DNA of 64,000 nucleotides from Emiliania huxleyi CCMP1516 (GCF_000372725.1 NW_005201360.1:332881-396880), one strand, 5' to 3'. Positions 1-14,827 are shown, counted from the first letter of the stretch. The notes: generated from the sequence alone by a model not told the origin. Translations and numbers: made by a program.

Positions 1-15
1 GTCGCCTTCCCGCAG

Positions 16-2824
<2,809 letters not shown>

Positions 2825-3335
2825 GCGCCACCGCGCGCGCGGCCGCCGCTAGTGTTTGAATCGAGGGTGTGTAGATGTGGTGGGGGGTGGGCGGAGAGAG
2901 GGGAGGGGGGGCAGCATGTGAGTACACGCGCGTCGGCCGCGCCGGAGTGCCACCACGCGCGAACGCGCGCTGGAGTCCTCCTGGCGCCGCTCTTTATCGT
3001 TCACAGGTCGCGTTTTCGGCTTTTGCGTTTTGGACGACCCACCAGGAACGGCCACGAGCACGACGGTGTCGCACGAGCCGACGACCCGCACACGGCACAC
3101 ACCCCCGACCCCTTAGAGCCCGACCCCCCTTGAGTGCTGTGTGCTGTGAGACGCTGCTGAAGTGGTCTGAGCGGAATGCTGTCGCTGGCCGCCGCTCTGC
3201 TGTCCACCAGCGAGCCATGGCCCGCGGAGCGACGGCCCGCGCGAACGATAGTCGATACAGTCAGCGTCACGCCGGAAGGGAAAAGGCCGGAGATTGGGCT
3301 GCTTGGAAAAGAAGAGTTTGAGCAAAAATGTAAAA

Positions 3336-3795
3336 TTATTGGTTAGTTGCTAAATATTTAGAGATGCGCTGCGCATCCTGCATCCAAATCACCTCACGCT
3401 CTGCTGCATACTGCCGGTAACGGTTCTCCCTAGTGTCATATGCATAGCCCTTGCCCCTGATCTCGCCATAGTCCTTGTAGAGTCCGGTGAGAGCTGGCAT
3501 TGCATATTTCATGAGCGAAGCCGGGCAGGTGTCAGTGCACTGCACGATGACGGGCTGACACGACGTGGGGCAGATCGCAGCCCCCTCTTGGCCGCAGCAG
3601 ATATCGTGCGTGCGAGCACATGCATCAATGCAGTCGACCGGTGTCACGCTGGAGGCTGGTAGTCGCACATGGGCCCTTCTGGTACAGCTCGGCCGCCCCA
3701 CACCAGTTCGGGCCCACATAATTGCCGTACAAAGCGAGCAGCTCGCGCCTTTCAGGAGTCGGCAGAGCGAGGGCCGCGAAGACCGCCTGCAGCAT
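3336..3795 (-). pseudogene. Frameshifted secretory phospholipase A2-like gene
   Basis: The ATG at 3795 reads MLQAVFAALALP...LYGNYVGPNWCG (Ca-loop-like). The catalytic-like PVDCIDACARTHDICC lies in a different frame. Confidence 0.6.
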
Positions 3796-3850
3796 AGTTG
3801 AAATGTGGCCACTTACCGTACCTTGTCCACGAGTCGCAAAACGCCCCCTG

Positions 3851-4060
3851 CACTTGGAGCACTTGGAGTGCAGTCGGCAACCTCACATCCAGGGCCGGGG
3901 AGCTAAGAAGCGCACCCAGCGAGCCGGATGATCGGCATCGGGCTACGGGCTAGAGAGCCCTGACCCCTAGCTAGGGGGGAGGGTGCGCATTCGCAGGGAA
4001 AGGGCCGTAAAGTAAACACGGGTCTCCGAGGGTTGGCCCCGCGTACCGGGTTTCCCCTTA
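3851..4060 (-). repeat. Dispersed SINE-like repeat family A, copy 1
   Basis: cacttggagcacttggagtgcag...ccgggtttcccctta recurs at 10196-10360, 25247-25464 (inverted) and 33529-33606 (partial). Confidence 0.8.
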
Positions 4061-4176
4061 ACTGCAGGAAGGACGCCCTGCGTGAATTTTTTTCTTTCTT
4101 AGAGTGAACCGCGAACCAACCGTGAACCGACTAGCCCCCACCCACCCCGAGTCGGAGAGAGATTTTAGAAGCCAAC

Positions 4177-5066
4177 CTGAGGGAGGGTGTAGAGGATGTA
4201 GAGTGTAGAGCGCTGTAGAGCTGTAGAGATGTAGAGCGCTCTGGAGCGCTGTAGAGCAATGTAGAGCTGTAGAGCTCTACATCCGGCGCGGGACAGAGCG
4301 ATGCAGATGTAGAGCGATGTAGAGGCGCTCTACAACGTGAAATCTCTACAACAAACTCTACATCAAAAGCGGCGAACGAGGCACGGTCGCTCTCCGACAT
4401 TGGGCGCGTTGCACTTGCCAGTGCTGCCCTGGCCTTCTGTCTGCCCGCCCAATGGGTGGCAGGTGCCTCTGCTGCTGTGGCATGCCTCACACGGCTGCGA
4501 CTGGCCGGCGCCTCGGCGCGTCAGCTCGGGTCGGCGTAGCGATCGTGGCCAGCGCAACTCGCCTGGACTCAACGCTCAGCCAGGAGCTCCCGCACGCGCT
4601 GGCGCGAGTCATGGCGCATGCAACGCGTCTGAATGCTCGCCTCGCCTCGCGCAAATGCGACCGTCCTCGCAGCCGACAGTCCACCGCCTGCTACAGAAGC
4701 ACTGCGACGAAAGCGGCACCGGCGACGCATGGCAGGCTGGTCATGACGCAGTTATAGGGTGTTGTGTGCCGTCGGAGTGACTCTCTGTGTGTCAGGGATA
4801 GTCAGGCCGTTCATCAGAGCTCCAGTAAGCTCGGAGACAACCCACTAGTGCGGCTCGACCTCTTTGAGTCACTGCCTTCCCGGCGGTTTGGCTGTAGAGC
4901 CTCTACAACAAACTCTACAGCAAAATCGCGCTCTACAGCGCTCTACAACGCACGCAGTTCGTCACGCGGCGGATAGAGCTCTACAGCTCTACAGCGCTCT
5001 ACAGCGCTCTACATCTCTACAGCTCTACAGCTCTCTACACTCTACATCCTCTACACCCTCCCTCAG
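4177..5066. mobile_element. Non-autonomous TIR element (MITE-like) with target-site duplication
   Basis: Long TIRs CTGAGGGAGGGTGTAGAGGATGTAGAG.../...CTCTACATCCTCTACACCCTCCCTCAG with subterminal TGTAGAG repeats. AAGCCAAC is duplicated at 4169-4176 and 5067-5074. Confidence 0.9.
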
Positions 5067-5316
5067 AAGCCAACCACTTCTTCTTCTTCGATTCGGGAGA
5101 GAGAGAGAGAGATTTTGTCGATTCGGTGAACCGTGAACCGTGAACCGTGAACCGAACACTCCTCCCGCGACACCCGCCGAGAACCGTGACCGTGAACGAA
5201 TGGCGAACCGGCGGCGAACCGAGTCTGGATGAAGTACAGTTGCCAAGACTCGCTCTTAGGGAGGGAAAAAGTAATCGATGAAAGCGAAGTGAGTCCGGCG
5301 TTGGGTGTAGAGCTCT

Positions 5317-5607
5317 ATGCAGGGCGCCAGCTCCAGCTTCCGCCCGCCGCGCCCCACCGCTGCGGCCGCGGCGGCCGGCACGGCTCCGGCGGAGGGCGTC
5401 ACGTACCCCGCGGACGTCGACTCGATGGAGATCGATGACCCCGCCGCGTTCGGCCTCATGGACCCGATGGACGCGCCGACCGAGACTGTCGACACGGAGT
5501 TCTTCAACGGTGCGCGGCCCCGTCGCCGCGACACACTCCGCATACCCCGACGCCACCCCCCTTCCGCAGACTTCCCGGACGACTTTGACGACGAGAACCT
5601 CGACTGA
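5317..5607 (+). CDS. COPS9: CSNAP/COPS9 (MYEOV2)-like acidic microprotein
   Basis: Removing the 60-nt GT-AG intron 5510-5569 gives the C-terminus VDTEFFNDFPDDFDDENLD*, which matches the F/D-rich CSNAP tail (DFFNDFEDLFDDD). Confidence 0.75.
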   Translation: MQGASSSFRPPRPTAAAAAAGTAPAEGVTYPADVDSMEIDDPAAFGLMDPMDAPTETVDTEFFNGARPRRRDTLRIPRRHPPSADFPDDFDDENLD

Positions 5608-6142
5608 CCCTGGGTGGGACAGGATGACACATCCTCGCGCAAACTCCTCGCTCGCGGCCGTCTTCGCCGCCTTGCGCTGCTGGCACACTGCCGAAGAGCC
5701 GACCACCATGGGAGAAATCATGTATGGCACCGGTGCGAAGCAGCTATCGGGATTTCGGCGGCGCGGGATGTACTGCGGATACGGGTTACGGTGTACGTTG
5801 CCGGAGTCGGACGGCACAAGCGGAAACCGGGGCGCTTGAGGCCTGTGACGTGAGGGTGGAGGGCACGCTGGAGGGTGAGGGCTTTTGAGGTGTTGCCGCG
5901 GTGTGCATGATTCGAGTACTGTATGGGTGTGAGCCCAGCAAGACAAGAATTCGAAGCCAGCCACGACGCGTACGACAACACACAAGCGAGAATACATTAA
6001 ACCACGCACGAAAACCGGCAAACCAGCCGCTGCCGCCGATCGAGCGTGCGCGCGAGAGGGGAGCACGCGAGACGACGGTCCGCGAAAAGGAAGAGGCCAG
6101 CCGAGCCGCCGACGCGCCAAGTCGCGCGCCGCGCGCCGCGCC

Positions 6143-7100
6143 TCAGATGGCGACGCCGTCCACGGATCCCATCATGGTGGCAGACTGGAAGGCGCCGTCC
6201 AGGAAGAGGCGGAAGGCGGGGTCGAGGAAGAGCGGGCGGAAGAGGCTCGGCGTGAACTGGACGATGGGCACCTGCCAGGCGGCCTCGATTGCGACGTAGT
6301 TTGCGACGGCGAGCATCGCGATGCGCCCGTTGAGGAGCTCCTTCTCTTGGAAGGCGCGCCGCTCCTCGCCGCTCAGGCCGCCACAGATCTTCAGCGGGTC
6401 AAAGGGCGCCGACAGGGGCACCTCGGGCAGCCGCTGCGCGGGGGTGCGCACGCAGCCGGGCACGTCCGACGTCGGCCACTCGTTGAACTTGAGGCCGAGC
6501 TGCTTGCGCGCCTTGATGTCCTGCAGCTCGAGGACCGCGCCCACAAAGACAAAGAGCGACAGCGCCGGCGCCAGCTCCCACTGGTCGAGCCCGCCGTTGA
6601 GGAGAGAGGGCGACTTGCCCGCCGACGCTGCGAGGCCGTCCCGAACGCCGAGGCCGTCCGCCCGCGCCGCGTCCACCAGGATCGGGTGGAGGATCTCTTG
6701 CAGCGGCCACGCGATGGCGGCCAGCATCGCGAGGCGGCCGTGCTTGATCTGCGAGTGCCGGCGGCAGGTGCTCAGCGGGCGGGAGTGTGCAACGTGTGTG
6801 CGTGATGTGGGACCGCGTGAGCGTGGCGTGGGATTGGCCAGCGGCGCCGCGCGCCTCTGCCTCGCGAAAGGGAGTGATCGTCTCGGACGTGCCGAGGCCG
6901 AGTGGGTCAAACTGGTAGTCTCCGACCGCGCGCGGCTCCGGCTCGAAGGAGGCCGACATGGACGGCTGGAAGGGTGAGACGCGGGGAGCGCCAGAGGCGA
7001 AGAGGGTCGGGTCGGCAGAGAGGACGACGCGGCTGCGCTGCGGGCTGACGGTGTGCGGGCCCACGAAGGCGCTGCCGGCGATGCCAGAGAGGGAGAGCAT
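6143..7100 (-). CDS. Light-harvesting chlorophyll a/c (FCP/LHC family) protein
   Basis: FDPLGLG...FREAE|IKHGRLAMLA and FDPL...QEKELLNGRIAMLA chlorophyll-binding helices. GC-AG intron 6749-6854. N-terminal SAF-type presequence. Confidence 0.92.
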
Positions 7101-7345
7101 CGGACGTGACAGGAAGGCCTGGAACTCCCAAACTTGTCCTGGCCTGTTCGAAGAAAGGGACGAAAATTTCATGGAATTTTCCTTCTTTTTCCAAATCCTG
7201 CACAGGTGGGGACGTGCGTGTCTGTCCTCGACCCAGCCCTAGCTTGGGGTCTCCGATTCTTTCTCTCTTTACTTTCTGATGTTTGTCTGCGTGTCCTCTA
7301 AGCGGCCGGGCCACCCACACCGACCCGCCCACCCGCGTCGTGACT

Positions 7346-7467
7346 CTCGAGGTTCTCGAGGTGGATATCCTTTGGCCGCGTTGGGTAGCGAGGATTGGTG
7401 TAACCCGAGCCACGGAGGCGTGTTTTCTGACGGCCGACCGTCAGTGCACGGAGTTGCCCCTTCTCCG
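7346..7467. repeat. Dispersed repeat family B, copy 1
   Basis: About 120 bp nearly identical to 47816-47935, with a partial inverted copy at 60441-60484. Confidence 0.85.
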
Positions 7468-7689
7468 CGTCGTGACTGATGATGACTGTCCTCTCCACGG
7501 CTCTCCTCCGGCACCTCCGCCTTTTCAGCCGCCGCCGGGGCGCCTTTTCGGGGACGGATAATCTTGCTCGCCGGTCCATTTCGCCTCCAGGCGGAGGTGC
7601 AAACGCCGCGGCCCGATTTTACGCCCGTTGATGAACATCCATCGGCGCGAGACATACGTCCGCGTCGACGAGTGTTTGCGACACCGGGC

Positions 7690-9582
7690 ATGGGTGCGGA
7701 GCTCAAAAAGTGCCTTGGGGGCGACACAGCGATCAAGCCGCCGCCTGCAGCGGCCAAGGAGGCGCCTCCATCAGCGGCGGCAGCCGCCGCGGCTGCCCCA
7801 GAGCCTGTGGCCAAGGTGGAGACACCCGCCCCAGAGGCGCCTGCGCCTGCGCCCGCCAAGTGCCCCTTGGACGGTATGTGCGGCGAGCGAGGCCTGCCGG
7901 AGGCCATGTCCGCCGAGACGGTCGCCACCGTCGACGAGACCGCCGGGGTCGTCGCTCCGCACGCGCTCGAGATCACCAAGGGCTTTTACGGCGAGATGAT
8001 CGAGTCGCTTCCACAGGTCGTTTTGACCATGTTCAACCCGGCGCACAACGTGCCCATCTCGACGCACCAGCCAGAGGCGCTGGCGGCGTCGGTCGTCGCG
8101 TATGCCAGCAACATCAAGGACCTGTCGCCGCTCCTCGTGCCGGGCGGCGCCGTCGACGCCATCAACCACCGCCACTGCGCCCTCGAGATCTTGCCGGATC
8201 ATTATCCCGTGGTTCACGACCACCTGATGTGGTCGGTCGCCAAGGTGCTCGGGCCCAAGCTGGGCGGCGAGGTGCCTGCACCTGTGGTCGACGCGTGGAG
8301 CGAGGCGGTCCGCTTCCTCGCCAAGGTCTGCATCGACAAGGAAGAGGCGCTGTACGCCGAGTACGCCAAGCGGCCAGGCGGCTGGCGCGGCCGCAAGGAC
8401 TTCAAGGTGACCGAGATCAAGGACGCCGGCACCGACATCAAGAGCTTCACGTTCGAGCCGGTCGAGCCGCAGGACGCCGGCTTCGACTTCACGCCCGGCC
8501 AATACCTGACGGTCAAGGTCGACCCCAACGGCGACGGCCTCACCGCGCCGCGCCACTACACGACGACCTCGCCTCCCGGAGAAAAGTACCTGCAGTGCAC
8601 CACCAAGAAGGTGGCGGGCGGCGTGGTGTCGACGTACATGCACGAGGCGCTCAAGGTGGGCGACACGGTCAAGCTCACGCCCCCGTACGGCGTCTTCACC
8701 CTCGACCAGGAGCTGCCGACCGGTGTGCTCGTCAGCGCCGGCATCGGCGTCACGCCGATGGTCAACTTCGCCCGCGCGCTCGGCGACAAGACGGCGCTGG
8801 TGGTGCACGTCGACAAGACGGAGGCGGCGCACGCCTTCAAGGCGGAGTTCGAGCCGTACAAGACCCTCTTCAAGTACACCGACGGCGGCGCTCGCCCCTC
8901 GGTCGCGTCGGTGGCCAAGGAGACGATCGAGGCGGCGGGCACCGGGCACTGCTTCTACATTTGCGGCCCGCCGGCGTGGATGAAGGAGATGCAGGCGGAG
9001 CTGCTCACGCTCGGCGCCAAGAAGGTGATGTGCGAGGTCTTTGGCTCGCAGCTCGCCACGGGCTGTCCCTTCGCAGCGTCCGCCCCGGAGGCGCCGGCTT
9101 CGACCCCGGACGCCTACCCGGTCGCTGCGGCAGAGCCGGAGGCGCCTGCGCCGGCGCCTGAGGCGCCGCCGCGGCGGATGAGCAGCTACATCAAGGAGCT
9201 GAAGGAGGAGGCGCCGCCGAAGGCCGCCAGCAGCAGGCGGTCCGGCGGCAAGTCGCGCGGGAGCGGCGGTGGCGGAGAGCCGGCGACTGAGACGACGAGT
9301 AGCAAGCGCGCCAGCGGAAACAGCGCTCGCAAGTCGGGCAAGGGGTCGGGCAAGGGGGGCTCGGCGGCCTCGCTCTCGCGGGTGCCCTCCTCGGAGGACA
9401 AGGAGCGTGCTAAGATGGCCGAGGCGGCGCTGCTCGGCGCGGCGCTTGGGGACGTCGGCAGCTCGAAGCGGAGCTCGAAAGGTTCGGCGCGCGGCTCCAA
9501 GAAGTCGGCTGGAGAGCCGCCGGCGAAGACGCCCGCAGAGAGCCCCGCAGGTCCGACCCCCGCATCCAAGCTCGACGCCTGA
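7690..9582 (+). CDS. hmp: Flavohemoglobin (NO dioxygenase) with low-complexity extensions
   Basis: Globin domain (FYGEM, MFN, HQ, proximal HRHC), FAD-binding PGQYL/RHYT and NAD-binding AGIGVTPM, ICGP, EVFG. Uninterrupted ORF from ATG 7690. Confidence 0.92.
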   Translation: MGAELKKCLGGDTAIKPPPAAAKEAPPSAAAAAAAAPEPVAKVETPAPEAPAPAPAKCPLDGMCGERGLPEAMSAETVATVDETAGVVAPHALEITKGFYGEMIESLPQVVLTMFNPAHNVPISTHQPEALAASVVAYASNIKDLSPLLVPGGAVDAINHRHCALEILPDHYPVVHDHLMWSVAKVLGPKLGGEVPAPVVDAWSEAVRFLAKVCIDKEEALYAEYAKRPGGWRGRKDFKVTEIKDAGTDIKSFTFEPVEPQDAGFDFTPGQYLTVKVDPNGDGLTAPRHYTTTSPPGEKYLQCTTKKVAGGVVSTYMHEALKVGDTVKLTPPYGVFTLDQELPTGVLVSAGIGVTPMVNFARALGDKTALVVHVDKTEAAHAFKAEFEPYKTLFKYTDGGARPSVASVAKETIEAAGTGHCFYICGPPAWMKEMQAELLTLGAKKVMCEVFGSQLATGCPFAASAPEAPASTPDAYPVAAAEPEAPAPAPEAPPRRMSSYIKELKEEAPPKAASSRRSGGKSRGSGGGGEPATETTSSKRASGNSARKSGKGSGKGGSAASLSRVPSSEDKERAKMAEAALLGAALGDVGSSKRSSKGSARGSKKSAGEPPAKTPAESPAGPTPASKLDA

Positions 9583-10195
9583 AGCGCCTCGTCGCCGCGG
9601 CATCTACGCATGGCACATTCGCGATGGCTGCTGCCCCCCGCCGCGCCAAAATACTTATCTTGCTGCCCTTAGTTCGTCCAGTTTTCCTTCCTGCTCGCTC
9701 GACTTTCGGGATTGCTCAAGGTTGGCTGACCGCGGCGTTGCTGCTAGCCATCCCTCGTCTTCTCGGCCGGAAGGATCCAGATCGTTGCACCTGCAAGTGC
9801 TGCACTCGCTACCCCGAGAGTCTCCTCCCCTTCCCTAACCCCTCCAAGTGACGCCGTGGTGTCTTGATTGAGTGCGAACGAAGAGTGCGCTCTTGCTATA
9901 GCTCTTGCTGCCAGACTCCGCAATATATGGTTCGCAGGGGATTCTGTTTTTACTTCCATCGACCGCGACACCTCCGCCGTAGGGAGGGTGGTACCTTTCG
10001 TGAAACTGAAACGCGGAGGAACGCGATCTGTCTCGCGTTCCTGAACGCTTGCGATTCAGCTGTCGCGCCGCTGGATGATCTTGCTCAGCTCGCCGAGCTC
10101 GACCTGAACGCTCAGCGGCGCGACCGCTGAATCGCAGCCGTTCGTGCTGCTCGCATGCATCGTTGCAGTTTCAATTCTTCCCCCCGTGCCTAACA

Positions 10196-10360
10196 GAGCA
10201 CTTGGAGCACTTGGAGTGCAGTCATTAACCTCACATCCAGGGCCAGGGAGCTGAGAAGCGCACCCAGCGAGCCGGATGGTCGGTATCGGGCTACGGGCTA
10301 GAGAGCCTTGACCCCTAGGAGGGGTGCGCGTTCGCAGGGAAAGGGCCGTAGGGTAAACAC
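10196..10360 (-). repeat. Repeat family A, copy 2
   Basis: Aligns by eye with 3851-4020. Confidence 0.8.
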
Positions 10361-10409
10361 AGAAAAAAACCTTCTTTGCGCCAACTCAGGACAGCGCCAT
10401 CGAACGCAC

Positions 10410-10524
10410 ATGCTCGACGGCGGCAAACGGCGCCCGGGCTCGCCGCCAGGGCCAAATCTGCGGCTACTCGCCACACTTTTCCTGCTGCTGCTGCTCTGCA
10501 TGCTGCTGCTGATTCGCGAGCCCG

Positions 10525-10572
<48 letters not shown>

Positions 10573-12579
10573 GGATGCGGCCGTCCTCCCAGGTGGCGAG
10601 CAGCCTAGTGGCTCTCGCGGACCGCAACACGGCGCTAATATCACAGCTAGTGCGGACTGAGGATGGCGCGGATCGCCTGGTCGGCGGTGCGGCGCCGTCG
10701 CCGCGCCCGTGGCTGCGCATCGCTCTGATGTCGGTCGGCCGCTCCTCGGGCGCAGAGTATTTGCTGCACGCTCTGCGGGCGCTGCTGCAGACGCATCCGG
10801 CTCGTGTCTCGGACCCGCTGCGGTCCTCGATCGAGATTGTCGTCGTCAACAACCACGCTCCACCAGAGGCGCACTCGGTGCTCTTGCGCGCGAAGCAGCT
10901 GTATGGCGGCCGTGTCGTGTTCGTGGAGAAGGAGGCGGCGGCGGCGCGGGCCTGCAGGGCGACGCCGAAGGTCAAGGGCGACGTGGCGAAGGAGCCCGTC
11001 TTTCGTCAGACCTGCGACCTGGTGGGTGGCCTCGAGGCGCTGCTTGCGATGCCGCCCGCCGATCACGTGCTGCTGATGGAGGACGACTGGCTGGTCTGCC
11101 CGAGTGCGCTGCTCGCGCTTCAGTACCTGCTCGACAAGGCGTACGCCTACGACGAGGACTGGCTCGCGCTGCGCGTCTCGTATGGGTTCAACGGGGTGGT
11201 GGTGCGCGGGGGCGCGGACCTGCGCTCCCTGCGGCGACACCTCGAGTCCCACCCGTGGCGCCGCCCACCCGACCACCTGCTCTTCGAGTGGTTCTCGGGC
11301 GAGCGGCCAGACACAAAGGCGTATGCGGCGGGGCGCAGCTACCGCGTGTTTCGTCACAACCTCTTCTACCACATCGGGGCGCTGTCGACGCTCAACCAGC
11401 CGAAGACGCGCTTCACGCCCGGCTGCTACTCGCTGATGTGAGATTCGCCGAGATTCGCCGAGATTCGCCTCCATCAACTCGCTGGTGCGCAACTCGCTTC
11501 TCCGCGCCAAGGCCTCCTCGACGAGCCTCTTTAGCGCAGTCTCGGAGCAGGTCTCGGACCGCCCGATAGGTACGATTGGCTCCTGCCCGCCGAGGTCTTC
11601 GACGAGAAGGCCTCTGCTGCACGACGGCGTCCGGTGGCGGAGGAGGCGCCTCCTCCACCCCTTCGTTCACTGGGTAGGCGTGCCCGCACGACGACGTCTG
11701 GCCGTGCACAGAGGTGGCCAGCCCGCGGCCCACTCCGCATGAACAGTCCCTGCCGAGATTTGAGCGAGTTTGTCCCGAGATTTGAGCGAGCTTGTCCCGA
11801 GATCAGGCGGCCAGAGCGGGGGCGCCCCTCTTCAGTGCGCCGGACGGGGGCGCCGCGGGATCCCCGCCGCGGCTGGCGTGGTCCGCTGCCGCTTGGACCC
11901 CGGCGCCGCTCGAGATCCGGAGACGGAGACAACGACGCTCGTCCGCTGATCCGCCATTCCCTCCTCAGGCGCCCCTCAAACCGGCGGCGGCCGCCACCGC
12001 CTCGCACGACGCCGGCGAGGTTGCGAGGTGGCTAGCGGCGGCAGCGGCGGCGGGCGACGACACCACCGCCGACGCCGCGCCTGCGTTCGACGTGGCGGCC
12101 GTCGGAGGCAGAGGGCCGCAGCAGGATGGCGCTCAGGATGGCGCGGGGCGCGCGGGCGGTGTGGAGGTCAAGGCGTTGCCGGCCGCCCGCGACACGCGCG
12201 CGGTGGTTGCGCGGCGCGCCGAGCCGCTGCGGCGACGCGATTTGACAGCTTTCGGCGCGACTCGACGCCCCCCCCCCCCCCCCCTAGGCGGTCCGAGTCG
12301 TGCGACGACGCGTGTCTGCGGGAGGGGTTTGCTTGCTCGCTTCAGGGGTTGCGCGCGCTCAACAATTGCGAGAGCCTCAAAGCGCATTTTGCTTGCGCGG
12401 CGGGCTGCGAGGCGTCCGAGGGCACGGACCAACCCGCCGAGGTCGTGCCTGACGCGGCGGAGAAGTGGGGGCCCAAGCGGTGCCTCAAGACGAGCGGGCC
12501 CGTCTCGTGCGTCGGGAAGCACGAGGCCACTGCGCGCCTTTGCGGGTGCGAGCAGGCTGCGGCGGCGGCGAGCGGGTAG
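10410..12579 (+). CDS. Type II membrane glycosyltransferase, GT54/MGAT4-like, with Cys-rich C-terminus (multi-exon)
   Basis: N-terminal TM anchor, LLMEDDW, LRVSYGFNG, RPPDHLLFEW, NLFYHIG, spliced EK|ACPHDDVWPC and a terminal Cys-rich exon. Confidence 0.7.
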
Positions 12580-13221
12580 CGCACAGCGTTTACGAAGTAT
12601 TATATATAGCTTTCTTTGCGTTTGATCGTTTTTATATTTAAATCGGGACCGCTCGCCGCGCACGAAACGCGGACAAACAAAAGAATTAACAAAAAAGAAT
12701 ACTCTGTCTACACACTCCAAACACACGCCACAGGCTCAGGCCTGAGCGTGTAACTCGGAAAACGGAATTCCGAATTAGTTATTGCAGAAATTGGCGCGTT
12801 TAAACAAAAAAGAAGTTTCTCCGCCATGGAGTGTCGCGCCAGGCGGCAGGGGACCAGGACGCAGGTGGCAGGAGGGCTCCGTGTCGTGGGAGTGACGTTG
12901 TTCGTGTGACATCGCAGTCAGAGAGAGCCATCCGTGTTTTCCTTGTGGGTAAGGTACATCTCACCGCTCGCCACAATCATCACGCTTCGCCGATGTGAGA
13001 GAGAAAACGCGATTGTGTGCGTGAGCCTCGCTGCGCCACGGTTCCACCCTGTCAGGGCCTGTGTTGTTTAGATGCCCCGCTCCCCGCCCCCGCGCTCCGA
13101 GACGAAAACTCTCGAAAAAAGCGCTGGACGCTCTTTGCACGCGCTACGAGAAGGTACCTAATAAAATTAACCGTATACCCAGACTTGTCCGGCATATGCG
13201 CGCCATATCGTCCACCGATGG

Positions 13222-14103
13222 TTAGGCGGTGACACGGATCAGCTGCATTGGCCGTGGGCCCGGCAGCGCGGTCACCTCGACCACGAGCCCAGCATCACGT
13301 GCCACGGCCTCAAACTGCTGCCCGTCGGTGGCGGTGACACGTTCGTGATGCACCGGTTCGATAAACACCGCGAACGGCTCCTTGTCCCCGCTGCCTCCGG
13401 CATCGTTGGCGAGCAACGCGTGCTGCAAAAAGGCCACCAGAGGGCCGTGCTCAGTGCCGTGGTATAGCACATCGGTGGCGAGGACCGCGTCGAACTCGGT
13501 CGCTGCCGGCCACTGCTCGGGCTGCTGCCAATCTGAACCGGATTAGAGGAGGGAAGATGGCTCACGACGGGGAATCGACGGGCTGCGGGAGGCATTTAAC
13601 GCACCAAGCGGTCGTGCCGACACTTTCGCCAACCCGTTCTCCTTTGCCGATTGCTCCGCCAGCATCAACGCCTCCAAGTCGTGGTCCGTTAGCGTCACCG
13701 ATGAGGGAGCCGCGCTCATAGCCACTGACATTCCCGCGAGACCGAGCCCTGAGCCGAGCTCAAGCACTCGTTTGTCTGTGAAGTCGAGCCCCAGCCGAGC
13801 CAAGCGAGGCCCGCCGGTTGCGAGCAGCTCGGCGAGCGCCACAGAACTTGGCCACACAATATCGCCCACCCTGGAGGTGCCGTCTGCCACCGCGCGTTCG
13901 AATGCCTCCGGGTCAAGCACGTAGCTCGGAACATGCACCACCAGGCCGGCGGGTCCCACCGGGGTCTTGACCGATTTCCGAGCATTGGATGCATTGGATG
14001 TGGAAAGATGTAGCTGCTCCGCCGCCGCTACCGCCGCCACCGCCTCGAGCCGAGTCCGACTCATCCGTCCCACTACCCGCCCGAACTTGTCCAAGCGGAA
14101 CAT
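13222..14103 (-). CDS. Protein-lysine methyltransferase-like (Methyltransf_16/METTL21 family)
   Basis: GDIVWPSSVALA, VLELGSGLGL, VTLTDHD and downstream FDAVLATDVLY. One intron at about 13535-13622. Confidence 0.85.
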
Positions 14104-14827
14104 AGTGTTATGACCACAATCGGCCGATCGCCCCGCCCTCCCCGCGCGTGTTCTCCAGCTGCTTCCACCGCAGCCTGCCGTCGTCCCCCCCTGAGGCGAT
14201 ACGTGTTGACAATCGGTCGCACAAGTGGGGGGGCCGTCCCAAAAAGTTTTATTTTATTCTTAGCGCGGGTCCCTAGTGGCGACGAGTACCCGGAGGTGGA
14301 CTGCACAGGGTTTGCGTTGGGGTCTTGCGACACCGATTTTTTCAGTCATAACTTTTTCTTACTTAGTACTTTTGTGGTGTGCGCCCAGCCCTGCCTAAGG
14401 CGTTCCCTCGCCGCCACGATCGAATTCTTTTTTACGGGGGCATGTTAAAGTGCCCGCCGCCATCCCGACGCGCCGTTGACCCAAAGGGGCGTCGCGGGTC
14501 CACCGCTCGCCTCAAAGTGAGACGGCCGACATGCGCCTAAGCCTGATCAAGATCGCATGCCGGCACGCTCTCATCCATTAGACGAATGCCATGCGATGCG
14601 CGACATTGAGGCATCGCTGGGCCGTGGAGCTGTTCGACGTGGCTCCGTGTCTGGTTCAGAGAGCTCGGAGCGGCGTCGCAGCCGCAACGCCGACACGGCT
14701 CGCTCACAGGCTGGCAAGGGGAAGGACCGCGCGAGGACGCGCTCCGCTCTTCAGAACAACAGGCGCCATGATTGTAAAACACCAGCATGGTTAGCATGAC
14801 CCATGTGCGTCACGCGAATGAGCTCGG

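Noticed and set aside
7710..9603. Overlapping long ORFs on other frames of the flavohemoglobin, and similar shadows elsewhere
   Set aside because: GC3-bias shadow ORFs with Arg/Gly-rich, motif-free translations.
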